Source: Nageia nagi
Taxonomy: Eukaryota; Plantae; Pinophyta
Direction of reading: 5' to 3'
Assembly: GCA_050084985.1 (NCBI GenBank)
Contig: JBITNC010000001.1
Coordinates: 103,726,001-103,790,000, forward strand
DNA length: 64,000 nt
Numbering within the stretch: the stretch's first letter is position 1; every line of letters begins with the position of its first letter. Shown one piece after another: positions 38,800 through 53,200 of this stretch. The notes under the pieces are model-generated. The model saw only the letters and a program-made list of their open reading frames with translations. It ran no database searches and had not been told where the DNA came from. The translations under genes and the position numbers were made by a program.

Positions 38800-41700
38800 A
38801 TATAGTTTAATTAAGTTCAAATAACAAGAAAAGCATAATGATAATCAAATCATTAATTCAAAGGCATTAGTTTATATATAAGATCATATTAGGAATGATT
38901 TAGCAATTACAAAGATTTTGATTAAGGTATTGTTTACATTTGCATTAATATTGCTTATAAAATGGTATGTAAAGAAAACATGATAATATTGCCTACAAAA
39001 GGAAAGAATAAAGTACTTTATAACTTGAGGTATGTGGTAAGTCATAGTTGCAACATAATCATCATTATTTCCCATAACAAAACTAGAATTGATACTTAGC
39101 TCATTAATATTGGATCTAAAATGAGTTATGGTAACTTGGTCACATGCATATGCTTTAAGATGCAATGACTTATAAGTTGAATGTATGCACCATCATTCCA
39201 AATCAAGTTAATCTTACTTCCAAGATGAAAGAAATGAATTATAGAATCTAATGATGAGTTATATTATTATTAATGGGTTATGATATATTTGTAATAAGAA
39301 CATGAGATGATATGTTCAATAAATAAATAGTTTACAACTTGATCCCTATATACACTAAATTAAGAAAAAAATTATTTGATTTTATTTTTCTTCAATTCAA
39401 GCTATCTTTAATAAGCTATTATGGTTGTTTCAATCATATTTGTGAGGAGTAATTAACCATATATCTCTTGGTAATCCTAAGTATTTTATCATTGTCATTG
39501 ATGACTACAAAAAGAACAAATGGTTACATTTATGAAAGTGAAAGTGTAATTTAGGCCTTAGCAATTTTTTATAATTCAAACTAATGATAGAAAATAATAA
39601 CATAATAAAGATAGAATAATTTTAGTTATAGAATTAAGGTTATTATTATTCAAATGATTTTGTATAATGCTTCAAAGGTTATGAAATTATAAACCAAAAA
39701 AATTACATATAACTCTTAACAATATAGTTGGTGAAAGAATGAATTATCCTCTATAAGCTAAAGTATAATTTTTGTTGAAATGTAGTGGATACTAAAATAG
39801 ATTTTGATTAGAACCATTAATAAGGACTAGCTATCTAATCAATCAATCACTAGATACTAAACTACATGATATAATGTCTTACATATCATAGGAGGTAAGG
39901 AATATTTATGAGGTATGGATACAATGAAAATAGATATTAGTTATATATACCTAAAAGTAGAAAGATTATTTATTATTGTTATTTAATATTCAAGAAGAAC
40001 ACACCCATGAATATCCAAGTAAGATACATTTTAAAATTAGTAATAATGGAAGTAAATATATAAAATAATGAAGTGGTTGATTTAGAATATTAATCAATTG
40101 AAGAATACAAATATATTGATGAGGCAATATCGAAATCATCATAATAAAACAAGTATCTACAAAGATCAAATAGTCTAAGATGAATTCTTATTTGATTAGA
40201 AGACTTCAAAATATTCACATCCAATGAACCTTCTAGCCTAAGGAAGCCTATAACTTCTTGAAAATATGATTACTAGAAAAAGGAAATGGATAAAAAAATA
40301 GTTACATTCAGAAATAATGATAGAAGGAGTATATATAAATTATCTCCATTTAGCAGTAATAAAGTACAAATATGTTTTTTTGCAAAAAATTGAAATAAAT
40401 GGAAGCATGGAAAACTATAAGGCTAGAATATTAGCAAAGGATTGTACTCATGTTGAAGGCTTTGACTACATGGAGACTTTTGTTTCTATGGAAAAATCAA
40501 ATTCTAAAAAAAATATCCATAGTATTTGCACAACAATTATGGATAGGGAAATATATTATATAGACTTATGGATAACATTTTTTAATTATGATCTTAATAC
40601 GAATATTAAAATGAAGCAAACATATGGATTTACATTTTAATTTATCTAATTTTTATGTTGAGAAAATGATCCTTAATTAAGTTGTAAAGCAATATTTTAA
40701 AAGAATCTTTACAATTATTAAGTGTCTATCTATGCCATTTTAAGAGTTTATCATACCATTTACTTATTCTACATTAGATGATAAAATAACATTTTTTATG
40801 ATACTAGTATGGTGTAGTTATTATAATGTAGTACTTTTGATTTTAGTATTATTATCATGATTGTTATTTTACTATAATACAATTAGACTTTTCTATATTC
40901 ATTAATGTGTAAGGGTATTTTATTTTTTATTTTTTCTTTAAATATTTTTTTCTCCTTTGGGTGGTAAATCCATTTTTCATTTGGTAACTTTGATTTATGG
41001 TATGGAAAATAAAATTGATGAAAATGGAATGTCCAAAGCTTCCTTACTTGAAATCTCTTTTTATGGTTCTACATGCTCATTGTATTTATGGTGAATTATA
41101 TTTTCCTTCAACACTACTCTTTGACTGGTTTTTTATTTGATGATCCATAATTCTAGTAGTTAGTTTATTAATTGAAAAGGGCTATATATGGCCTAAAATA
41201 ATTTGAAAGATTTATGTAGTAAAATTTTAATTGTTTTCAATTATAATATGTATTTAAATATAGCACATAAAATCATTAATATATATGGCTAATGGTAGAT
41301 TCATATATAAATTTAATATTAATATCACATATATATGATATTGTTATACTACCAAATGAGAATAACATTATAATAGAGTTAAAGAAGATCTTCTCATATG
41401 ATTTTGATATTGAAGAATGTTTATCCCATTAACTTTATTTAAGGAATTAAGATTGTAAGAGATAATAAGACCAAGGTTCTATAGCTTTCTCAAACCAAAT
41501 ATATTGAATTAGTTTTGAAAGATCGCAATATGGATTGATGTAATATTGTTATTATATCTATCACCATTAACAATAAGATTATTATGAAATAATATGCTTA
41601 CCATAATGAAGTCTAGAATTCAATGAGGAAATTTCCTTATGTAGTGCTTTTTGAAAACATTGTTCTACTCATGGTATGCACTCAATTGCACTTAGGGCAT

Positions 41701-42260
41701 CAATGTGCACTTTTAGAATATTTGTGACTAATCTAGAAGAATTACATTACTATGCATTAAATATAGATGTGTTTAAGCTTTTCATTATACCTATTTCCAT
41801 TAATAAGAATAATAATATGTAGTAGTGTCCTAACAATGAGAAAGAAAATTGTTGAATAAAGAATGCATTATTTGAAAGCAATTAATTTTTTTTTCCTTAT
41901 CTAATGCAGAAGAAAAATTCAACTTAAAGTTTAAAGCATTTAATGATGTAAATAATTGTGCTATCTCTTAGCAAAGTAATCTAGCAATACAATTCAAGAT
42001 ATTGTTGGTACCAAAAGCTACAAAGGGACTCCATGGTTGGAAAAAGTCCTAGTTAGAATGGTAGGTTGTAAATCTATTAAAATTGCATTGTCATAATGGA
42101 AGTGTTATTGCCTTTTTACTAAGAATCCTATCATCTATCCTCACAAAGTTCAATATTTTTTAATGATGAATATGATTGATAATGATCAAGTAATAGTTGG
42201 TAAAACTAATATTAAAGGAAATGTTGTATATATCTATAAAAAATGTAAATTTTCCACTGA
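38800..42260 (+). mobile_element. Highly decayed Ty1/copia internal region
   Basis: Integrase YFIIVIDDY (~39482), RT YKARILAK...EGFDYMETF (40317 ORF), RNase H-like block at ~42090. Boundaries approximate. Confidence 0.7.
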
Positions 42261-42289
42261 AAGGAATTAATCATAGAATTAGATTCATA

Positions 42290-43140
42290 TCTAACACACA
42301 TCCATACATCCAATTTAGGGTTTATGGGAATTTTGGTAGTGAATTTTAAATCTCCCTCAAGATAGCCTACATTAACTACAATATTCTATTTAGAAATAAC
42401 AAGTACACATATTCACATACCCAATTTAGGGTTTATGGGTATTTTTGTAGTTAAGTTCAATGATCCATCAAGATAGCTCACATGAACTAAAACATTTGAT
42501 TTCAAAGCACCAAGTAAACACATACACACATCTAATTCAAGGTTTTTGGATCCTTTTAGAAAATCTATTTTATGTGTATCAATCTTGCAATCATTATAGA
42601 CAATCAAATTATCTTTTGGATCATGTATCTTGTTAGATAATTCTTAGGCCTTACATATTCTTTACAATTTACATATATGTTTATGGTCCTTTTTTAATAA
42701 AATTATTTTGTACGTATTAGATAATAATTGTAGTGTTAACCATGAAACTATTATGATACATATTAGGCAATGAAGGAACTTGCAACATGTTCCAAAACAT
42801 GACATCCACTTGGTAACAACATATTTTTGTATGTGTTGCTAAGTATTACGAGTATATTTTTCCATACTTATATCAAAGTTTTATGTTATCCTTATTGTAG
42901 CCATTAGTTCCATATCCTCTAATCATTGAAGCATATAAGAATTTTCAATCAAAGAAGATACCTAATGGGGAGACACCAATTTATGCAAGACTAGATTGCA
43001 AGAATTTTTTATAATAATCCATATGTAGGATTATTCAAAGTGGGTATGTTCTCTAGGAGAACATACCTATTTTGACTCACCTAATGGTTGGTTATTGTTA
43101 GAAATTATTGTAAACATCATTCTATATGAGCATTAAAAAA
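42290..43140 (-). pseudogene. Decayed PLS-class PPR fragment with duplicated E-domain segment
   Basis: GYLEG.LKFTTKIPINPKLDVWMC / VCMCLLGA match the PPR E-region KMPIKP..VWMCLLGA. ~115-bp tandem copies. Confidence 0.6.
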
Positions 43141-43399
43141 ATTGTGATATATAAAGTGTTGGATGCCTTTTAGGAATTTATTTAACTTTTATATATGTGT
43201 ATTTATTTACTTTTTTACTTTTGTATTTCTTACCTCTTCTAAGGTATATATCATGTCCTTCACCTCTTAAGCTTCTTTGGCATAATTTTTTTATTTCAAT
43301 CCTATTTCATTTCTTCTTTCAAGAATGATCATGAATTACATAATTGTGCTCTATAATACTACTACAACATGTCATAATTTATCCTCTACAATATTGCTC

Positions 43400-46300
43400 A
43401 AATGATTAAGATTTAAATATTATCTACATTTGTTCTTTGGGATAAGTATCACAAGCCAAGTATTTCTAACACTTAGAAAATTTATGATTTCAATAATTTC
43501 TTAAATGTTAAGTTTCCTTCTTCAAACCAAGACTAAAATAATGTCTGCATGTATATTTTCTATCGTATAAGTTACTCCTCCAATTAAATTCACTATAGAC
43601 AAAACTTTTTACCTCATCATGCTTGTAGTAGTGTATGACAAATTTTGATGTTCCTTTGACATATGTCAAGATCCTATTAGTTGTCTTCATGTATTCTTTA
43701 GTAGGATAACTCATGTATAAAGACATAAGTGAGATAGTATGAACAATACTTGATGTAGTGTTGGTGAGAAATATAAACCTCCCAACTATGCTTCTAAACA
43801 AGATTACATCAACCTTGGTTATTTGATAATCTCTACATAATATCTTACCATGAGCTATTGGAGTGGGAAGTGGTTCTTATTCATCCATACCATACTTCTT
43901 TAACATGTCATGAGCATATTTCAATTAACAAATGAAAATCTTACCTTTTCTTTGAGTTAACTCCATGCCAAGAAAATAATGCATCAATACAAGATCTTTC
44001 ATCTCAAATTCTTACATCATAGAGGCCTTAAAATCATCATTCAATTGTGCAAATCTACCCATATAGATTAGATCATCAATATACAAGCATACAAGTAGGA
44101 CATTTTGATATTTTTTCATGATGTAGAGAGTGGGCTCACTCTTGCTCCCTATGAAATCATATTGATGGAAGTGACCATCAATCCTTGTATACCAAGCTCT
44201 TAGAGCTTACTTGAGGCCATGGGTGAAAGCAAGAAATTGGATCCACTTAAAGGGGAAGTGGGGAAAATTGGCAAAGTTAAAATTCAATATGGTTTAGGAT
44301 CCCAATAAATATCAAGATCTCAATATTTAAAGCTAAAATATGTACAAATATTGGGATCTTGATATTTGAATCTATGATTTTACCTTGGATTTAGGATCTA
44401 AAAAGGCTTGGTGAGGCAACTCTTAGCCTTGGACCTTCAACTATATGTTCATGGTAATTTTAATGAAAAAACTCAAATTCAGGCATACATTTGATGGAGT
44501 TTTTGGTAGAATTGTTTCATGAAATTAAAACTCATAATAGATTAAAGAGTGTAGATTTCAAATATGTAATTTTTTACAATTGGATAAGATCTTATATTTT
44601 TTAATTATTTTTTAAGAAAATTGGTCCATATACTTGAAATATGAGGGTATCATATTTTCTTAATAAGTATTTTGTTTGGATAGAGTTATGAAAAAAAATT
44701 ATATAGGGATAAGTTTCACATAATTCTCTATAATAATTAAAAAAAAAATTGAAAAAAGATTAAGTTTAGGTGAAATTATGGTGGATAGACATGAGCACTT
44801 TTCAAAACCACAAACATGCCCAGTACAAAATTAATAAAAAAAATATTGATTCAAAAATTATGGAAAAATATTTAGGACAAGATCCAGTGTGTTAAGTTTC
44901 TTTTCCTAAAAGGATTTTAAAAAACACTTTGATTTTAGTCAAATTATAGTGGATGGACACATGCATGGGATGGTCAATAAATGGTGCCTTTTGAAAATTA
45001 GTTTTTTTTCACCCCATAAAATTTTAAATTTCATGATTTGGTTATTGGAACAAATTATATATTTGAAAACTAGACTCTGAGCACTACATTTTCAACCTAG
45101 TACCTTTTTCATGATTCCATGTTTAAGTGCTTCAAATGTTGAGATCAATCATACTCAAATTTGAAAACCAAGGAAAACACTTCCACTTTTTGGCCTTAAA
45201 GTGGTTCCAACTTCTTGTACCCACCCCTATACAAGTCTTTAATTTATACAAAATATTTTTACTCCCTTCTGCCTCAAATCCTTGAGCTTTTTTCACATAT
45301 ACATATTCATCCAAATAACCATTAAGGAATGGACTTTTGACATCCATATGATTCACTAGCCAACCTTTGTGGGTAGCCAACCTTTGTGGGTAGCCAAAAA
45401 AAGAACCAATCAAATTATATCCTATCTTAATACTATAGTAAATGTCTCTTCATAATCAACATTATAGTGTAGGAAGAAACCCTTTGCTACAAGCCTTATC
45501 ATGTGTCTCTCAATGCTTCCATCAACATTGTATTTGGTCTTATAGATTCATTTGGACCAACATAGTTCTTGCCTTTAAGAAGCTCCATAAGCTTCCAAGT
45601 ATAATTCTTGTTAAAGTAAGAAATCTTTTCCTCCATAGTCTTGAACCAAAAATCATTAATGCAAGCTTGATCATAGTTAGATGGTTCAATTTTTATACTA
45701 TTTCACAAAGCATAGTTAACTACATCACCTTTGGGTTCATGATTATCCTCATCACTATACATACTCAAATTTTCAAACCTTTTTAAACTTGATCAAGTTC
45801 ACTTTCTTGGATCCTTGTGAATTTTCTTGAGAAATTATGATCCAACATTTGGTTGGATGGATGTGCTTGAAGTGTTCTCTTATCTTTCTTTTCTTATTAT
45901 ACCTTGGAAAGTAAAGACTTTTCTTTACAGGTATGATCCAAAGGTTGCACTTTAGAGGAGCTATCTTCATTGTATTTATAATCATCAATGCATTTTTTAT
46001 GGTCCCATTCTCCTTGTACATCGAAAATTACATCTCTAGATACATCAACTTTATAGACTTTTGGATTATGCAATCTATATGCCTTGGTTTTCTCACAATA
46101 ACCAAGAAAAATACATGCTTGACTCTTAGGATCTAACTTTCTCCTATTTTCTTCAATAATGTGAGCATAAGCAAGATAACCAAAAAATATAAAATGCTTA
46201 ACATTAGTTTTTTCTCATACCATTCCTCATATGGTGTGATGTCATACAAGCTTGAAGTTGGACTTCTATTTAACATGTATACTATTATCCTTACTACATC

Positions 46301-48928
46301 AACCCAATATATACTACTTAATTTTTTTCTCTATAATATGCTCCTTATCATCTCCACTATGGTTCTATTATTCCTCTTTAATACACCATTTTATTATTGA
46401 GTATAGGTAGTTTTGAGTTTCCTCTTTATTCCATAACCTTGAAAAACTTGAGGAATTCATTGGAGAAAAATTCTACTTCTCTATCAATCCTTAAACACTT
46501 CACAACAAATTCACTTTGCTTTTCCACATGAGTTTTAAAATATTTAAAATAGTCAAAAGTTTGATCCTTGGAAGCTAGCAAATAAATCCAACACATCCTT
46601 GTGCAATCATCTATGAAACTAACAAAGTATAAGTTCTTACCAATACTTTATGTATGCATGGAGCCAAAAATATAGAAATGCACCAATTGGAGGGGATATG
46701 AAGATATCCAAGCATAACCTTTTGGAAACTTCATCTGTGAGTGCTTTCCCAAAGCACATGCTTCACACATTATCTTCACTTCTTCAATATTAGGTAGCCC
46801 ATGGACCATTTTTTTAAGATGTTAACAATTTTAAAATTGGTTAGCTTAGATGACCATGCTTCATATGCCAAAGATAACTCTCGTTCTCCACAACACAATT
46901 TCCTAGTTGGGCATAATCTCCCTCAAATTTAAGTGAAAATAATCTATTCTTGATAATTAGGAATATAGTTACTAGCCTATGATCATTTTTCTTATCATAT
47001 ATTACACATTTTCCATTAAAAAAAACAAGTTTATAGTTCTTCTCCATAATTTATCCCACAATTAGTAAATTATATTTGAAATTGGGAGTATAGTAGATGC
47101 TATTTACCTTTTTGGTGCCTTGTTTGGTGTTGACCTCCATGGTTCCCATACCTTCTGTGATCAATGTATTTTTATCTCCAATATTTATCTTGTATTTGAA
47201 GTTATCCATCGAAGAAAGCAACTCTTCTTTTCCAATCATGTGATTAGAAGCACCATTATCTAGAATCCATGTTTTATTGAGATTATAATTTATTTACCAT
47301 AAGATAAAAATAAATTATAGGTATCATAATTGTAGGTCTCATCCTCTTCTCCATAACAAACTACACTTGCTCCTTCTTGGGTGACCTTAGCTCTACATAG
47401 CCACTCATAGTACCCAAATTTATTACAATAGTAACATTGTTTATTTTGCTTATCTCCCCCTCCATTCAAACCACCTATACCTCTTCCATGGGTAGCTCCT
47501 CTCCTTCCACTTCCTCTTCCTCTTGAATATTGACTCTCCCTTATGCATAGGAAGCTTTAGCCTCCTTTCTTACAAAATCGTTCTCATCATCCATTACAAT
47601 TAATCATTGTGTACAATCTTAATGCCTCTTCATGGGACATCAAGGATCCTATGAGATGATCATAAGTAAGAGTAAATAGATCTTTGGACTCTTTAATTAT
47701 GATTTCTATATGGTTTTACTTTATAATATGTATTATCAATACTTTATAATATGTATTATCAATACTTTATTCCCTATATTGACATTCAAAACCTCCTCTC
47801 CAAGGATCTTCACCTTGTACACACATGCTTTGATTATCCCATAATAATCTCCTAGCATTTCCTTGGCTTTCATCTTGAGATTTTCAAAATCTCTTTTTAG
47901 GGTCTACAACCTCACTTTCTTTGCTTGGGTTATACCTTGATAGCTCTCCTTGAGTGCTTTCCATGCATCTTGGGCTAAAGTGCATTAGGCAATCCTAGGG
48001 AGGATGCTTTTAACCAAGGCAATTTGTAAATGATAGAGTTCAAAGGAGTTTCTCTTTTGAGCTTACTTATTAGCAATTCTATCATTAACCTGAAGAGTGC
48101 TCCAACTAGCTAGATCATTGTATTCTTGTTTAACTACATCCCATGGCCCCTTTCCTATGAGTAATGTCTTCATATTGATATACCAATCATTATAATCCTC
48201 TCCATGGAAGTATAGAATTAGTACAATATTGTTGTTTATAACCATATTGCTCAACATATAAAAAATAATGGATCACAAACTATTGAAAGAATAAAATAAA
48301 TTCTTGTAATTGCACATACTAACTCTAACCCATTAGATCTTCCTAAAGTTTTGATACCACAATGAGAAGTATTCTACTTTCATTGATTTGAAAAATGAAA
48401 TAACTACATATATAGGTTTTGAAAAAACCTAAGAATCAACTATGCTAACTATAAAGTCAATTTGCATGATCATAACTTGTTACAATCCAATCCAAAAGTA
48501 AAATAATAAATGCTAAATATACCCTATCATACTAGGAGACAACTAGGTAAAATATCTTTCCAAAATAGTAACATCTAGTCTAAAATCAAAGATAAAAAAT
48601 GCACTTTAGTGTATGCCAAAATTAGCCTAATAAGATTTGTTTATAGGTACATTGTGCTTGGTACAAAGGAGCTAGGCATACTATTCCTAGTGCTAGGTGC
48701 ATTATACCTAGTTACTGGGATAGACTATGCTTGGTGATTGTGTCACATTGCATTTGGTGATTAAGGTGAACTATGCATGGTGTTAGGCACACTATGATTG
48801 GGGAATAAGCTTTTAGGCTCATTGTATCTAGCAAACAAGTTTTTAGGTGTACTATGCCTATGAATAGATAGCTAGAAATCTCAGGAAACTTAATCCTAGA
48901 CCTTTGGAAATGAGCTATGTTTACAACA
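43400..48928 (-). mobile_element. Decayed Ty1/copia element with 5' LTR (48363-48928) and tRNA-Met PBS
   Basis: LTR TGTTG...TCTCA, PBS TGGTATCA (~48352-48359). Gag F.GEDYNDW, CYYCNKFG knuckle, protease WILDNGASNHM, LWHMKHGHL, RT HMDVKSPFLNGYL, YGLK*ALRAWY, FRSIVG. Confidence 0.85.
44221..45227. mobile_element. ~1 kb TIR element, copy 2, inserted in the copia RT
   Basis: Same sequence family and TIRs as 8511-9528. Splits the copia YKLK..LYGLKQ motif. Confidence 0.85.
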
Positions 48929-50237
48929 ATATGGTGTATTTAGATACTTTCATATTATATATATAATGAATATAGATCATTTCATATCATGTTATTGAAT
49001 CACTTAGATAATTTTGGATCATATGGTATTATATTTGAATCATTTTATATCACATTTGATGTATTTAAATCATTTCATATCACATAATCTATTTATATAT
49101 TTTTATGGGAGATTTGAATTAAATAATTTCTTAGGATAGCCCGCACAATGAAGAATGGGAATAATTTTATGCATTTACATGATGTACAATTGCACATCAT
49201 TTTAGAACATATAGTGTATTAGACTAATTTATCACATTTAAACTAATTTTTAATGCTTATAAAATTATGTCATAACAGAATCACCAAGTAGACATCCACA
49301 CACTAAGGAAGCTCATTTAAAAAAATTGAAATAGAACATAAAACCTCATAGATAGGCATGAAAAATGTGGAAGATGCATGATGCAAATACATTTTATGCA
49401 TTTAAATGATGTAAAATTGCATCATTTCATAACATATTATGGATGAGGCAAACTTATCACTTTTGGACTAGTTTTTGATACCTAGAAAATTATGTTAAGA
49501 TATAATTAGTAGATATTGACTAGTAAAGGAGAGCACCAACTATATCATTTTGTAGGCAATGAAGGATCCTATAACATGTTCAATTATTCTCATCTCATAA
49601 TTTTATCTATTTAAATATTTCAATGGGATATCAGAATTTGTTAGAGGTTTTATATAACATATTTGATACTTATATCACTTCATGAGGTTTCATATCATAT
49701 GTTTGTGCATTTAAAACATTTCATATCATATATAGTGTACTTGGTTCATTTCATATCATATGGTGTACTTAGACTATTTCATATCATATACATGGTGCAA
49801 TTAAATCATTTTATATCATATGGCATACTTAGATCATTTCATATTGTATGATGATCTTAGATCATATGGGTCCAACAATTTCTTTCCATCTCCAAATGTT
49901 GAGATCTCTAGATAAAGGTATAGACATCTATAAAAAAAGTATTCAAAATGGTTTTACATTAAAAATTATTTTTATGAATTCCTTGATAGACATGTATGTA
50001 AAATGTAGACATAGTTTTATAGAATGTAATGATTAGATAATATACAATTCATGGCTACATCAAGGATACCCTCAAAATCTATGATTTGTTGAAGCACTTT
50101 AGAACTAACCCTTACAACATAACCTTTGTATATGTTCTACTTGCATGAAACCATATAGGCCTAATGGATGAGGGTTATAAATACTTTAATAGCATTACTA
50201 ACTCTTATTGTTATTATTCTTACAATGAATCATTATT
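48929..50237 (+). pseudogene. PPR remnant with ~28-bp CATTTCATATCATATGGTG tandem repeats
   Basis: MNSLIDMYVKC, YTIHGY.KD.LK, NP..ITFVYVLLA*NH.GL.DEGYKYFNS..MNHY. Confidence 0.75.
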
Positions 50238-53200
50238 TGATTGGTCTATTTAGATATTTCATTTGATATTTCATCTCAGAGGATCCCAAGATTGGTCAAA
50301 GAGGTAGAGAGACTATAATGGATAATGCAAAGGAGCAATAGTCACTTGTATGTACCATGATGGATGTTAATTTTGAAAGAAGGTTTTCAAAAATGGAGAA
50401 TCATTTGACTCAATTGGTTGAGTTGTTGGTTGTTGGAGCAAATGCAAATGTCAATAAAAGATATCATGATGTAGTTGGGAAGCTTGATTTATCATCTTCA
50501 TCAAATTGAGTTCCATTCAAAGTGGAGACCAAAGTGGACATTCCTACTTTTGGAGGAGATGTTGAAGCAAAAAAGGTGAATAATCGATTGAAACAATTGA
50601 AGGTTTATTTCCAGATTCATGGTGTTGATAAAATCTCTTTTGCTAGATTAAAGATGAGTGGATATGCTTTAGTTTGGTGGGAAAGCTGTGTAGAAACTCT
50701 TAATCATGAAAACTTATCTAAAATATCTTCTCAAAATGAATTTAAGGAGTTGTTAAGAGATCAATTCTATCCTTTGGGACATTATAATAAAAAATTAATG
50801 AAATGGTAATTCATTAGACAATAAAAAGAGTAAAATGTTCAAGAATATACTATGGAATTTAGGAAACAAGCTACTTTACTTAGGGTTAAAAGATTCTCAA
50901 AATTTAGTGAATTACATTGGAAGTTTATATAGTCATTTCCAAAACACTATCATATTTTTTAATCCTACTAATCTTGATCAAGGGTGCTTGCAAGCACAAT
51001 ACTTGGAAGATGGTAAAGCAAGGAGACAATATGATTAATCCAAGAAGGCTTCTATTTCAAGGGGAGGACAAGAGAAAGGTAAATCTCAAGATAAAGGCAA
51101 GGGTAAGCCAGAAACTAAGACCACTAATATTTCAAAAAAAGAAGGTGATGGTAGACATTGTAGTAATTATGATAAAAATGGTCATGTTTATGATAAATGT
51201 TGAAAATTATATCTAAAATTACATCCATAAAAGTATAAGAATAAGGAGAAAACTAATGCTATGGTTCTTATATGTGATGATATTGAGGGAAGTTCATATG
51301 TTGATGAGAAAGTAAATTATTTAGCCATTTAAAATGTTGGAGAACCTCAATACATTAGAGAGCAAAGGATCCAATTATTCCACCTCAAAATCCAAATCAA
51401 GAAAACCAAAGTAGATTGCCATGTTGATTCAAGTTCTCAAGCAAATTTGATTTTAGAGACTATGGTAAGTAATTTATGATTAGAAACTTTCAACCATCCA
51501 AATTCATATCCTTTGGGTTGGGTATATCAAAATGCTAGTTTGCAAGTCACTAAATAATGTAAGTTGAAATATGCTATTTGTGCAAAGTACATTGATGAAG
51601 TTGTGGTTGATGTTGTTCCTTTAGACATTTGTGATGTTATTCTTGGTAACCCTTATGTATGGGATACATATGGTATTTATTATAGAAGATTGAATAAATT
51701 ATGACTAGTGAAGGATGGAAAGATGTTTCTAGCTAGTGCACATAAAATAAGGAAAAGGCTACCTTTGGTCATTTCTAGTTAGGTAAAATATCTTGCAAAT
51801 GCTTCTAAAACTTTTGTTCTAATCATGGTGAAAATAGTAGCCTTAGGTGAGGTCAATCTCATGCTATCAATGATGTGTAATATTGATTTTAGTCTATCAA
51901 TGATGTGTAAAAGAGAGGAGCAGATGAAAGATTTGGTTAGGGAGTCTACTAACTTGTTTACAAAGCCACATGGAATACCTCCTATGTGGGATATATAGCA
52001 TGATATTTAGTTGTTACCTAAAGCTTCATTTCCCAACATAGCTTTGTATCGATAATTAGTTTTGGAGCAAGGGGAGATAAGGAGGTAGATTTAGGAGTTG
52101 GTTTATCAAGGAGTGATCAGACCAAGTACATCTCCATGTGGATCACCTATTTTTTTGGTTCCCAAGAAGGATAAAACATGGAAAATATGTATTGACTATA
52201 GAGCATTAAACAAATTCACCATCAAAAATCACTATCCTTTGCCTTAGATAGATGATCTTTTGGATCAATTTCAAGAGGTAAGATTCTTCATAAAAATGGA
52301 CTTGAGGAGTGAATATCACCAAGTTAGAATCAAGGAGGAGGATATTTGGAATATTTTAGTGGCTTATTTTACCATTTGGTTTGTGCAATGCACTAGCCAC
52401 TTTTATGATGGTAATGAATGATGTGCTTCATCCATTTGTTGATTCTTTTATTATTGTATACTTGGATGATATTGTTAATTATAGTTTTAATTGGGAAGAA
52501 CATGTTGTACATCTTAGAAAAGGGTTTTAAACTTTTCATAAGGAGAATTTGTTATTAAAACATTCAAAATATGAGTTTTGCAAAGTCTTTGGTGTATTTT
52601 GTCCATGTTATTAGTCATGCACAACTTAAGATAGATCCTAGTAAAGTAAGTGCTATAGTAGATTGGCCAAAGCCATATAATGTAATCTAAGGAAAGAGTT
52701 TCTTAGGTGCTATCTAATATTTGAGAAAGTTTATTATTGAGTTTTCTCATATTTCTTTACCTTTAAATGATGTAACTAGAAAGAGGCAAGTTTTCCAATG
52801 GAGGAAACAACAACAAACATATTTTAACACTTTGAAGTAAATGATTATTAGTGCATCTATGCTAGCACTTCTTAATTTGCAAAAGCTATTTGAAGTGGAG
52901 ACTGATGCAAGTGATTATACCATGGGATCCATTTTGTTACAAGAAGGTAAGCCAATTTGCTATCATTCTGAAAAGTTTAGTGGGGCTATTTTGAATTATC
53001 CTACTTATGATAAGGAAATGTATGCATTGCCTCAAGTTGTTGAAAAGTTGAAACATTACTTATTGGGGAGAGAAATAATCATTCATATTGATTATCAACC
53101 ATTAAAGTATTTACAAACTCAATCAAAATTACATCAACCTAGACACTATAGATGGATGAGTTTTTTGAAATAATTTCATATAGTGATCAAGTATAAGAAA